Position numbers and translations under genes: made by a program. The notes below the pieces were generated by a model. The model had not been told where the DNA came from. It searched no databases and saw nothing but the letters and a program-made list of their open reading frames with translations. Shown here one piece after another: positions 1 through 12,663 of a stretch of DNA of 64,000 nucleotides. Location of the stretch: assembly GCA_051294375.1 (NCBI GenBank), contig CM119263.1, forward strand, positions 16,098,532-16,162,531, written 5' to 3'. Each line of letters opens with the position of its first letter. Within the stretch, counting starts at the first letter, position 1. Source of the stretch: Paraspadella gotoi. Taxonomy: Eukaryota; Animalia; Chaetognatha.

Positions 1-494
1 TTTTTCTTCGTGTATCTTTGCAACGCCCGTTCTGCTACCCCCCCCCCCGCGTTCGCTCTCCGGACGAGCGGTCGACTTTCACCTCCTTACTTTTAATACT
101 TCGCATTTACATTTACTTTTTTTTTCTCTTTATCACGAAATACTTTTTTCCTTTTTTAGTCATTAAATCTAATTCCGTCTCTCCCTTTACTCGATCTTTG
201 TTTGGGTCTGGTTGTCTCTCCGGGTTAGTTTGCTTAATTTCGCCTCTTTATATAATTTTTCTACTTCCCAAATTTTATCATTTTTCCTGCGCCTCTCTTT
301 TTTCGCCTCTTTTTTTTTTAATGAGACTTCTCTCCCGTTTTACTTTCCTTTCACAGAAAGAAATCTCTATTCTATCTTTCTCCATTATTTCACTCCTAAC
401 TTCCCTCGCTCTCAAAATTGTAGTGTCCTCTGACTCATTAGTAATTTGGAGGCGTTTATCGAAGAGCCGATCTTTCCCGCTTCCTCCAATATAT

Positions 495-733
495 TACGGC
501 AACAGCCTTGTTGATTGTGATGCCTATTGGGATGGGGCATCTCACTGTTGGCTTTGGGGTCTTCCTACCCTCAGCTACGCCTCCTATCACTGGCGCGCTT
601 ACGCTAGGACAGTCTCGCTTTGACAACGCAGAGGGAAGTCGTTAGGACGTATGGGAATGGTGCATTCCCCCTCTGAGCCAATGGGATTGGCTGAACGATG
701 ATGGATGTGAAGCGGTGTGAATATACCGCCACA
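495..733 (-). mobile_element. Solo LTR of a miniature LTR (TRIM-like) family, subfamily A
   Basis: GC-balanced 239-bp island reading TACGGCAAC...CCGCCACA on +. Flanked by the 4-bp direct repeat ATAT (491-494 / 734-737). Aligns along its length with 43917-44168 and shares the GGGGYATCTCAC...ACCCTCAG...TCACTGG core with the LTRs at 43020-43750. Confidence 0.75.
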
Positions 734-840
734 ATATACGAATTTCATTCTTTCCCCTTCCCTACTATCTTTCCCCTCCTTTCTTTCATTCCCCCTCTCC
801 CCTCCTCAATCTCTGCCTGGGATTTTGCCAAAGAATTCAG

Positions 841-941
841 GTTTTCCTGGGCGAGGCGCTTTCGGCTCTGAGCACGTACGGCGCGGTCCTCTGTATTCTG
901 GGGTCATGATGACTGCCATCGGGATTTGCGGATGCGCGTAA
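841..941 (+). CDS. Terminal exon of an SLC35G/EamA (DMT)-like transporter, with a probable 1-nt indel
   Basis: After the AG at 839-840 the frame reads VFLGEALSALSTYGAVLCILG. Adding one base in the G run at ~901 continues it as VMMTAIGICGCA*. This resembles the 'xFLGE...xxGAxL' last helix of EamA-domain proteins. Confidence 0.5.
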
Positions 942-1566
942 AAAGCAGTGGCAACCATTGACAAACGAGTGGCAGCTTAGTGGCAGCTATCTCATAAAAC
1001 TGGTCGAATTGTTGTGAGGATATACAGTTAAGTTATTATATAATGATTATGATCTTCAATTCGTTTAGAGATTCAATTTAAGGAAAATGGGAAAAAAATA
1101 TACAATTTGATTTTGCTACTATACTTAGTTTTTTTTGTTTAATTTATAATTTAGATTACAGTGGCATGTAACTTTTTTTCTGAAACTCTTTTGTTTACTG
1201 GAAGCAAATTTCCAGGTGGCGCTGATTAAGGATTCATAACGAAAGCTTTTTTTTTTTGCTTGCTTTCTTTGGGTGAGAAGCAGCTGAATTATACTAACTG
1301 TTGACAAATAAGCGTTGGTTTAGTACTGTTGAAGTTTGAGTCTACGTCAGCTCAGTCTCAGTTTCCTTTTTTTTCATTTTCATCTCTTTCATTAACTCTT
1401 ATCTTTCTCTTTTCTCTTTTTTATCTCGCATTCAAGCTCTCTCTTCGTTTCTTTCCCCATATCACCNNNNNNNNNNNNNNNNNNNNNNNNNTCTCTCTCC
1501 TCCTCTCTCTTCTCATTTTTTTCTCTCATCTGCTCTCTCTTTTTTCCCTCCCTGCCTCTCTTTCTT

Positions 1567-1624
<58 letters not shown>

Positions 1625-2512
1625 ATTGTTCTCTCTCTATTTCTCTCTCCCTCTCTCTCTCTTCTCTCTCTCTCTCCCTCCCTCTTCTCTCTCTCCCTCC
1701 CTCTCTCTCTCTCTCACCCCTCTCTCTCTCTCTTCCCTCTCTCTCTCTCATCCTTTGTCTCTCCCACTCAGCGTCTCCCAGTCTCTCTCCTTTTCTCGTT
1801 TCGGGATGGCACCGTCAGACGCCGTCCCACCCCCGCCTCATCTCTTGCTGTCGGAGAGCGATGTTCACTTTTTACCGGGAGCCGTTTATAACCGGCCTCC
1901 ATTCTTTTCCGTTGCACAATCTCCTTCTCCTCCTCCTCCTCCTCCCCTCCTCTTCTTGTTCTTTCCTCCGCATCCTTGCTCCTCCTCTTCCTCCTCGTTC
2001 CTTCCGTTCTAATGTATACATCGCCGCCATTTACCACCCATAAAGGTAAAACTCGATCGTGGAATAAACAAAAGAGAGAGAACGACGCAAAAAAATTTCC
2101 ATGAAAATACGCGGAGCGGACTCAAAGTGTGCCGCCGACTCGGGATTTAAAACAAATTCTCAAAACGTTGTATCAAAAACGAGAAAAAAAAAGTTCCAAC
2201 CGTTTCTTCACCGGAACAATATTGATTTTTTCCCTCGTCATCTCATCAATGTCACAGTGCCCATTGATAGAAGAGGATTGTGGAGAAGGTCATCCTGAGT
2301 AGAATGCCAATGTGACAGTGGACTAGAGTTAAAGGGCCAATTTTTTACGGATGAAAAATGTTTTTTGTTTTTTTAAATCTTCTTCCGAAATAATTGACTT
2401 AACTTGAAGAAACGAATTTTTTAACCGACGTGTTCATGGGGGTGCTATTTAACTTTTAAATCAAATTGTCTAGCTTGGCTTCAAATCATGCTACAGTATG
2501 TTATGTCTCTGT

Positions 2513-4556
2513 CCAAGTATGTCATCTTCAGATCGCTTCCCGACCGGGGCGGTGCTGGGGCGGCCCGCGGAGTGGCCCCGCGGGGCCGCCCCGAGGGGCA
2601 GGCAAATCTTTACCGCCTGGGGGCGGCCCCCTGTCGGCCTCTTTTTTGGGCCGCAAGGGGGGCCCTCCAGGGGAATCCCCCTGGGGCTAGAAACCTTCCC
2701 CCCTGGGGCCCCCCCACCCTCAGGGGGATTGGATTTTCCTGCCCCCTGGAAACGGGCTCTCCTCCCTCCTATCTCTCTCTTTCCTCTCTTTACTCCTCTC
2801 TCTCTCTTTCTCTCCCTCCTGTTTCTCTCTCTTTCTCTATCTATTTTTTTTTCATCTTTCATTATAATAAAATATAAAAATAATATTTTTCACTTTAATT
2901 AATCAATCAATGGACCAATAGCTGCACCAATACCAACTTGCCTAATTTGGTCAACTTACATAATTTAGTCAAATGACATAATTTGGTCACCTGACATAAT
3001 TGGTCAACTGATATAATTTAGTCAACTTTTTAGAATTTGGGTAAACTTTTATAATTTGGTAAACTTTGATAATTTGGTCAACTTTCATAATTTGGTTAAC
3101 TTTAACAATTTGGTCAACTCGCAAAGTTTTGGTAATTTTTTTTATAGACATTAGTATAGACTTTCGATTTTCATTGTTTGGGCATAAGGAGAAAAACAAT
3201 TTTTATTTTTTTATAATTTAGTCAATTTACTTAATTTGGTTAACCTTCATAATTTTTCTTAACTTTTATAATTAGGTAAACTTTATAATTTGGTAAACTT
3301 TCATCATTTGGTAAACTTTTATAGTTGGTAAACTTTTATAATTTAATCAACTTACATAATTCAATCAACTTTAAGTCAATCCTATATTAGCATTAAACTC
3401 TAATTATTTGTAATTAAATAGATGGATTGGAATAAAATGTTGTGTATGGTAGAAAAGTATGTGATTGAGCTAGATATAAAGTTTTGCTCACTTTGTCTCT
3501 CAAAACCGTCAGCCTCTGCTTAACAACGTGAGTTCATCATAGGCAATCTACAAACTGATGATTATTAATTACAAATCTTAAATGAAAAAATTTTATTTCA
3601 CGATGTGGAATAATATTGATCATGAATTAAAAATCTTGATAAATAGTTTTTATTATTTTTTGTGGGGCTCCATAATTCACTAAGTAGGTGTGTCGGTCAT
3701 TGCCTATTATTAGTTTGGTGATTTATTTAATTCTTTTTTGAACATCAATTATGAATATTTATTTTAAAAAATTATGTCTCTCTCTATCAGTCCATCAGTA
3801 TGTCGATCCAACAAAAAAAAAACGGAAAAAAAATTTAAAAAGTAAGACAAAAAGAAGACAGATGACTGATTAGCTTTTTACCACTAAATTTTTGTGGCCA
3901 CGTCCTACATTGTTTGCTCAAACTTGTTTCTATATCTTTTAATTAAAATAAAATAATTGGGTTAAAAATACAAATATTATAATTTTTAGATAAAATAAGG
4001 AATAAACAAGTTAACAAAAATTTGAAAAAAAATGTATATTTAATTCAGTTACATGAAACAAGTCTTGAAAGAAAGAAAAAAAAAATTTAGAGAGAGAGAA
4101 AAAAAGAAAGAGAGAATGAGAAAAGAGAGAAAAAAAGAGAGAGAGAGAAAGAGAAAGAGAAGAGAAAAAAAAAGTAGAGAGAAAGAGAGAGAGAGAAAGA
4201 GAGTAACAGATAGGGAGAGATATTCTCAGATACAATAACATAGTCAGAAAGTATATTTTCTCATCTAAACTTTGCTCTCTCCCTAACTCGCCCCTGGGGG
4301 AGCAGTTTTTTGCTCCCCAAGGGGTTACCCCCAGGGGCAGACTTTTTTTGGCCCTAAGGGGGCTAAGCATTAGGGGCGCCCCTAATAGACCCAAAATGTC
4401 GGCCCCAGGGGAACCCCCCTGGGGCGGCCCCCTGAGACAATCCAAAGGGGGCGCCCCCTCAATGACCATTTTACTGCTCCCCCTGGAATAGTCTGCCCCC
4501 TGGGCCGCCCCTTGAGCCACCCCGGGGGGCGGAGGATTTGGGAGATGACATATCTC
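2513..4556. mobile_element. Non-autonomous hAT-like DNA transposon
   Basis: 8-bp TSD GTCTCTGT (2505-2512 / 4557-4564). Imperfect TIRs (..TATGTCATCTTCAGATC vs reverse complement ..TATGTCATCTCCCAAATC). GC-rich subterminal blocks at both ends. An empty site with a single GTCTCTGT lies at 5850-5857 in the duplicated copy. Confidence 0.8.
2935..3370. repeat. ~18-bp minisatellite (ATAATTTGGTMAACTTT) inside the hAT-like element
   Basis: Two clusters of repeated ataatttggt(c/a)aactt units. Confidence 0.8.
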
Positions 4557-5726
4557 GTCTCTGTACGGCTTCTAGTATTATTTTTAAAAAGATAATTGGC
4601 CACCAGATGCCACGACAGCAGCCCAAAGCCTCCAACGTAGTTGCCACTTAAACGACGCGAAATAACGAGGCTCGCAATTCCACCACATTTCCAGAAATCC
4701 AGAGGCAGAACTTCTCTCTTCAGGCCGGAGTCACAGCGGAAATCACGGTCCCAACGTGATCCAAGTGATTCTTCGGCGCAAAAGGATCGCGTGAGTTTCC
4801 TTATCACGAAGCGGCGCTCTTTGATCTCGCCTGCGATTCTCGATCGATTCCCAATTTTTTCCTTTTATTTCTTTTTTTTTTTCTTCCAGTTTTCTCTCTC
4901 TCTCTCCTCTTTTTTATTTGCGCTGTATTCCTAACCGCAGATACTTGGACTGTTTTTCCTCCGCCTCACCCTTCATTGTTATTCAACGAAATTTTTTTTT
5001 TCCCCCACTTTTTTTTTGCCTTGTCGACAGAACGGTTTCAGTTTAGTCTCAAGTAGTTTGCGCGATTGTAACTTTTTCAAGTTTTGTTGCGTTACACTTT
5101 CCGATAGAGAAAGATTCTTCCCTTCCCGGTGAAGGAAGAAAAAAAAAGGTTGTTTTTTTTTTGCGCATTAAATCGTCTTTCACCAGTTTTTTTCCATTTC
5201 TCCCGCAACAGCATTCGAAACGTTTTTTGATCGTGGTCGTTGTCGTCGTTTGAGTTCTTGTCTGTCGTCGTCGTCGTCCGTTCCATGTTTCTTCCCGTCG
5301 TTCTTCGCCATCTGACAAGTAGGACGTCCGACGAATCACTTCTTCAATCTTTACGCCTTTGCTGTTTTGGCATTTTATAACGGATTTTGCTTTGCATACG
5401 GAAACAAGTTGTCGCGGACCTGTTCGCCAATATCGAAAATTAAAACTCTTTTTATATATTCTGTTTTTGGAAAATAAAGAAAAACTCACGAACGCTTAGC
5501 CACTTGCTTAGAAATAATCTCCTGTACTATAGTCTCTCAGCTATAGTCTCTCTGCTTTAAATTTATCTAGACGCTTTCAGATCTTTAACCGATGCAACAT
5601 ATAATGTAGGTTTCGTTTGATTTTTGGATTATTGTTTTATGATTTTATGGTTTTATAATTGGATTACCTATTTTCTCTCTTCGTTTAAAATACCTCAGAA
5701 AGGAATTCGGATAAACTCTCTCTTTT

Positions 5727-6967
5727 ATCTTCTTCGAAATAATTGATTAACTTGAAGAAACGATTTTTTACCGACGTGTTCATGGGGGGTGCTATTTAAC
5801 TTTTAATCAAACTTTGTCTAGCTGGCTTCAATCATGCTACAGTATGTATGTCTCTGTACGGCTTTCTAGTATTATTTTAAAAGTAATTGGCCACCAGATG
5901 CCACGACAGCAGCCCAAAGCCTCCAACGTGTTTCCACTAACGACGCGAAAATAACGAGCCTCGCAATTCCACCACATTCCAGAATCCAGAGGCAGAACTT
6001 CTCTCTCAGCCCGGAGTCACAGCGGAATCACGGTCCCAACGTGATCCGAGTGATCTTCGGCGCAAAAGGATCGCGTGAGTTTCCTATCACGAGCGGCGCT
6101 CTTTGATCTCGCCTGCGATTCTCGACTCGATTCCCAATTTTTTTCCTTTTATTTCTTCTTTTTTTTTCTTCCAGTTTTCTCTCTCTCTCTCTCTCTCTTT
6201 TTATTTCGCTGTTCCTCCGCAGTACTTGGACTGTTTTTCCTCCGCCTCACCCTTCATTGTTATTCAACGAAATTTTTTTTTCCCCCACTTTTTTTTTTGC
6301 CTTGTCGACAGAACGGTTTCAGTTTAGTCTCAAGTAGTTTGCGCGATTGTAACTTTTCAAGTTGTTGCGTTACACTTTCGAAGAGAAAGATTCTTCCCTT
6401 CCGGTGGAAGGGAAGAAAAAAAAAGGGTTGTTTTTTTTTGCGCATAAATCGTCTTTCACCAGTTTTTCCTTTCTCCCGCAACAGATTCGAAACGTTTTTT
6501 GATCGTGGTCGTTGTCGTCGTTTGAGTTCGTTGTCGTCGTCGTCGTCGTCGTTCCATGTTTCTTCCCGTCGTCTTCGCCATTCGACAAGTAAGGACGTCC
6601 GACGAATCACTTCTCAATCTTACGCCTTTGCTGTTTTGGCATTTTTAACGGATTTTGCTTCGCATACGAAACAAGTGTCGCGACCGTTTCGCCAAGATTC
6701 GAAAATTAAAACGCTTTTTATATTTTGTTTGGAAAATAAAGAAAAACTACGAACGCTTAGCACTTGCTTAGAAATAATCTCCTGTACTATAGTCTCTCAG
6801 CTATAGTCTCTCTGCTTTAAATTTATCTAGACGCTTTCAGATCTTAACCGATGCAACATATAATGTAGGTTTCGTTTGATTTTTGGATTATTGTTTATGA
6901 TTTTATGGTTTATAATTGGATTACCTATTTTTCTCTTTCGTTTAAATACCTCAGAAAAGGAATTCGG
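5727..6967 (+). repeat. ~1.25-kb tandem duplicate of 2377-2512 + 4557-5710 (copy lacking the transposon)
   Basis: Near-identical sequence differing mostly by 1-nt indels. Confidence 0.9.
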
Positions 6968-7183
6968 CAAATATACCTCTACAATGTCTCTGTCTCAGTT
7001 AAAAACGTTTTAACAAACACAATTTTCACGTTGTACTATAGACGTCAAAGTAAATTTAAAGCGAAGAACATTTGGGTTTATGGCGCATCATCTCTGCTTC
7101 CTCCTCGCGGCTTTCAAGGGCCGAAGCTAATTTCCATTTCTCCTCCCACTTAAAAATACTCCCTGCCCTCTGTTCAGCATTCG

Positions 7184-7246
<63 letters not shown>

Positions 7247-8232
7247 CCTTTCCTTTTTTTTCATTCAAAGAAGCAATCTCTCTCTCTCTCTGTCTCTTCC
7301 TCTCCCTCCTCATCTCTGTCGGTCTCTCCTTCAGTTTTTTGGTTTTTCATCGGAGAAAACAATCTCTCTCTCTCCATTTCCTTCTCTTCCCCATCTCTTT
7401 TCTCCATTCCTCTCGCTCTCTCTCTGCCCTCTCCCTCTCTATTCCGTCGTGATTTTCCGTTCTCAGCAATTTTGGTTCGCGTTTAGTTTTACGTCTGACG
7501 TTTTATAAAAAAAAGTTTACCGAGCGTAAGGCATTTTTCTTGTCCCTCGGCTTCTCAGCTTTCTTACTTTGCCTCATCTGTAGTTTTTATCTACTACTTT
7601 TTATCCATATATCAATTTTTTAAAGAATTCTTTTTTTTTACATTTTTTTAACCGGTGAGCACTTTTTTTTTAACATTATTTACTCCATATTCATAAAAAC
7701 CCTCTACCGGTTTGAAGAATAGTTCTTACCTCAGGTCATCTTTTTATGTTGAAATTTTCCCCTGAAGTTTCTTTCTATCTCATTATTCTTGGCGCTCTTA
7801 ATCATAAAAACTCCATTTTCATTCATAATCTTACTTAATATCTTCAAGTTTTTTTTCCAACCTCGCATATAAAATAATTTTAGCACAGCAACGCTACACC
7901 ACGCAAAAATCACATTCATTCATAATCCTTCATTTTTTTCTCTCTTATTCTTTTTCTCCTTTTCCCTTCCCTTTCTTTTTTTTCCCCCTCTTCCCTTTTT
8001 TCTCTCTCCTTTTTATTCTTTTCCCAATTTCCCGGTCCCGATCCGCGTTTTTCTGTTTACCACGGATTTAATTCAATCAACCAATTCTCGATCATCTCTT
8101 TTCTTTTTTCTCATTCTTGATCTTTTTTTTATTTTCTTTTATCCCGGCTCCTTTTCAGTCCTTGACATTCCAGTGCTCTCTCTCTCTCTTTTTTTTGACT
8201 TTACTTCTAACCTATGTTGGAATTTTGGTTTA

Positions 8233-8816
8233 TTTAGTCGGATCTGCTTATCAGCAGATTCCGACTCTATAATCCACTTTGTCGGTCTGTAAATCCCCCC
8301 CAAAATATTATCGGTAAGTCATTTATATTATCTCAGAACATCATATTATGATAAATTAGACAAAAAAAGATGTCTGTCTGTCTGTCTGTCAGTCTGTCAG
8401 TGTGTGATTGAGCAGGGACATAAAGTATCGATTGGATCGAGGAGGGAGTGAAGGAAAAAACCAAAGTCAAGTTGACCTGAATTTTTGTTATTTATGCTTA
8501 GTTTGCTTACTCATAAATATTTTAATTAATTAACTAATTAATTAATTAATAAAATAAAAAATGATGCAAGTTAAAAAAATGATGCAAGTTGAAAAATGAT
8601 TCAAGTTAAAAAAATGATTCAAGTTGAAAAAATGATGCAAGTTGTAGTTGCAGAGGATTTACATGTATTGGCGCAGCCACTGTTTTTGTATGGTATGATC
8701 TGTTATGATCAGTTCGGATCACAAATTAAAAGAATTATCCGGATTTATCATCTGATTAGCTGATTACTGCTTAATTATCGTAGGCAGATCCGACATTGTT
8801 TGCTCAAACCTGTTTT
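8233..8816 (+). mobile_element. Helentron-associated / DINE-1-like non-autonomous element (HINE)
   Basis: 5' subTIR GTCGGATCTGC (8237-8247) with an adjacent inverted copy, a (GTCT)n microsatellite at ~8371, an internal 17-18-bp tandem array at ~8560-8645, a 3' subTIR GCAGATCCGAC (8784-8794), then a short GTTT-GCTC-AAAC hairpin and a T run. Confidence 0.65.
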
Positions 8817-9254
8817 CTTATTATTCGTGGCAAATGCAATTCTCCTACTTGTTTTAATTGCTTTTTTTCTTTATCTCTTCTTTATGTCTTTCTTGCAGCT
8901 TTTTAGACCTTTCTTTGTCTTTGCGAACTTCTCCTTTTCTTTTTTCTTTCTTTATTCTACTTTTTTTACTTTTATCTGACACAGTTTACCTTTCTCTTAC
9001 TTCTTTCATAAAATTTACCTTCCAAGGGTAACTTTTTTTACCTACTTTGGTTAAATTCTACTTTTTAATTATATTTATATTTTTTTTACATTTCATTTCT
9101 CTTTTCTCTATTCTCCTCCTTTTCCAATATCCTTCAATTCACTTTTCTTTTCCTTTTTTCTTTTCTTTTTATGTTTCGAATCTCGATGGCGGTGGAAATC
9201 TTATTTGTATATCCTTTGACGAGGGAAAAGTCGCCCCCTTTTTTCCGATTAGAT

Positions 9255-9309
<55 letters not shown>

Positions 9310-11028
9310 TTCCCTAGTTCTCCCACTCTTCCACCGACGAGTAAGATCCCGGGAAGAATCGTTAAAATAAAATCTTTATAAAAAATTCTCATGATTTTTT
9401 TAGAGCTAATGAGTCTTTTGATTCGTTCAGTGTTGTCGTTCATCTCCCTCCATCTCTATTCCATTCCCCACTATCGAAGTCCGCCCTCTCCCATTCTCCG
9501 TTCCCTCACCATCGAGCAGCTTCGTCTGGGAATTAAGTCAAGTTTTTTCTCTTCGCTGAATTCTCGAGAAAAAGAAAGAAAAGAAAAGAAGGAACGGCGG
9601 AGTCTTGCTGTCGCTTCCACTGTTTCCCCACAGTTTAAAGCCGCTCCACGACGCTGCAGGAGCAGCACCATAGAGGGAAAGGAGTGGCCGCCGTGCCAGC
9701 CGTCCGAAAAGAAAAAACGTCGGCCTTAGAATAGAACAGTTAGCACTTTTGAAACTTCTAAATAAATCTATCTCTTCTCTCTCTCTCTCTCTCTCTCTCT
9801 ACTTCTCATTCTAAATCGTTCTCTCTCTCCTCTCATCTCTCTCGTCTTCATCTCTTCTCTCTCATCTCTCTCTCTCTCCTTTCTCTATTATCCAGCCTAC
9901 TTTAAAAACTTTTTCCTTAACCAATAAACGCTCGACGGTGTAGGTTTCTCGTTTAGAAGTCCTCTTTATTATCCTGTTGTTTTTTTTTCCTGAAAATAAA
10001 AATTAAGGAGTTTTCAAACTTGAACGGGAGGAGAAAGAGCGCCTCTCCTACTTCATAGCAAAAACTTTATTTACGATTTAAATTACGCCATATTTTTTTT
10101 CTTATTCTCGTTTCTTGTTTGTATTTTTTCTTCCATTTCGCTTTTTCTGATTCCATATTTATTAATTCTCAAAACCTTCTTCCTTTATGATTCATTATTT
10201 AATCAATGGGCTCGCGCCGGCCGCTTCTACATATCGGCCGCTCCATTTTTAAATCGTTTTAGTACCAAAAATCTCCATCCGCAATGAAAATGGCGGCCCG
10301 AGTTTCCGCTCTTGCGCTTTTGCAGCGAACGTAAAAAACCAAACGCAATCGCTAATTGAAACCAAATTGTTTTTACAGTAATTTGCCTTGCAATTGGATT
10401 CCATGCCATCTCGAGCAAAAGCGACATTGACCTGAGCGCTGGCGCGAGATACCACCAGCACCAACAAAAATGGACCCACGGATTTTCAGCAAAGCGGCCA
10501 CGCGAGGACACTCAATGCATCTGACAGCATTCTACGCGAGTAACGCGCCAGCTACGATCAGCCGACGGCATACAGGAGCCACACTCAGGAGGGATTAACG
10601 GAGGACCAGCGATAGAATCAGAACAACTGCAAGCCAACAGCAGACGTACGGGTACCGCATTCATGCTCCATGAGCAAACGGCACTATTTCTGGAAACAGG
10701 CAGATCGCACTTTATCAGCCGCAACAGCCCATACAACAACAACAACACACACAGTCCCAAAGCTACAATATCCCCGGTTTCACTTCTTTTTTCAATTCCC
10801 GTGCAATCTCTTCCTGCGATAAGACCTTTTCGATTCGCGGTCAGCTCACGAGTCACGGAATATCCGCCTTCACGACATACTTGATTAAAATTCCCATTCG
10901 ACTTTTTTTTTCCTCTTTCTTTTCTTTCCTCTTTTTGTTTTCTTACTTTTTAGATCCGTTCAGCCCTTACTCTTCTCTTTCTTTTTTTGTTTCTGACATC
11001 TGGAATCATTGCGCCGCGCTCACTCTTC

Positions 11029-11078
<50 letters not shown>

Positions 11079-11447
11079 TTCTTTTCTCTATCTCTCTCTC
11101 GTGTCTGACTCTCTCTCTGTCTCTCCTCGTCTCTCTCCTCTCTCTCTCTCTCTCCTCTCTTCTTCTCCTCTCTCTTCTCTCTCTCTCTCTCTCTTTTCTC
11201 TCTCTCTCTCTCTCCTCTCTACTCTCTCATCTCTCTCTCCTCTTCATTCTCTCTCCTCCCAGGCCCNNNNNNNNNNNNNNNNNNNNNNNNNTCCCTTAGT
11301 GAACTGCGCTCGGCCTCAGCCGATCTCTTTTCCTTCCGCTCCGACGCGCCCTCTTCGACAAACGCCTTCGCTTCCGCTTCGAACGGCGCGTTCGCTCCCT
11401 CCTCGGGCCACGCCTCGCAAACGCGGCAACGGTCCTTCTCCAACCCC

Positions 11448-12619
11448 TTGTACGACGCCTCGCAAGAATACACTTCCGCGTTTGTCGATCCGAGTGACCC
11501 CGGTTTTCGAACTCCCGGCGCTTTCGAGCAAAGGAGCGCCGTCTTTGATCAGCCCAACGCGGGTTACGCCCCCGGCGTCATTTTTTCGGCGCCGAATCCG
11601 CCACCGTCGACCGTTTACGCCTTCGCGCGGGAAAGTGCCTCCGACAATACCTACGCCTTACAGCAGCAGCCGCCGTACTCGACGCAGCCACAGCAGCAGC
11701 ACGCACAATTTCTCGATCGATTCTCCGGGGATCGAACGAACGCTTCAGTAGCGACCTATGGCCATCTATCTCAACATGGCCGCCCCTCCACCCCTTCGCC
11801 TTTTGTCGGCGTCGTTGGCGCCTCGACCTCCAACTCCTGGCGGGTAAATTGGGCAAGAATTTGGTTCCATGTAGTGCCTGGTAGCGTCAAAACGCAATAT
11901 GAGATGGCGTTGTTAAAGATAAGTGACTTCTGGAACAGGAGACTAGGTGTTAATCGCAGCGGCTCGTCGAGGTATGTCACCAAATGAATATGGAAGTTTG
12001 AGCGTCGTCGTTGAGATATCCGTTCAATCCAAAGCTTCCGTGGCCTTGAAATTTAGTTTTCATTAAGAATCAGTCGGTAAGTGTAGGAGCACAGATGCCC
12101 ACCAAATGTCTATCAAGCAAAGCGATTTTCCAATAAATGAAAATGAAATCCTCACTTTCTACCACGGTTAATATTTAATTTATTTATAAATTTCAAAAAT
12201 TGAAACGAGTTTCGCAGTTAATATTTCCTGTCCACTGCCTCCATTCCTTCGTCCGTGATGATGGATTTAATAAAAGATCCTTTCTCTCTGTTCTTCCAGC
12301 TGCGAATCGCTAGTTAATTAAATTTTTAAATTTTATTTTCGATAGTTTGTGTTAGACTCTTTGTTCACGTGATTCTTTTGTAGATCATTTCATGTACAAA
12401 AACAAAAAGCGTTTGTTCGTTCGTTTTGTTTCATAGAAGCATTTCTTTCTTTTACGGCGGAATCACATTGCTCGTTTGTTTCTGTTCAGTATGCCAATAC
12501 ATAGACGTCGCTTTTTTTATTACCCACCGTTAAATTCGTCCTCGGACCTTTTATTTTCTTTTGCTGAGGTGTTTAGAAAAAGGATCTCCTTTTAAACTAT
12601 TGTTCATGCATTTATTTTT

Positions 12620-12663
<44 letters not shown>

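Noticed and set aside
841-941. Programmed frameshift or pseudogene in the transporter exon
   Set aside because: A missing base in a G run within an indel-noisy region is the simpler explanation.
1329-2012. ORFs rich in SL/ER dipeptides (also 7072-7452, 10987-11751, 31089-31301, 36935-37226)
   Set aside because: Translations of (CT)n/(AAAG)n microsatellites. A possible real exon at ~1806-2045 could not be connected to anything.
2935-3370. CRISPR-like array
   Set aside because: Contiguous degenerate 18-bp units without unique spacers, no cas genes, eukaryotic context.
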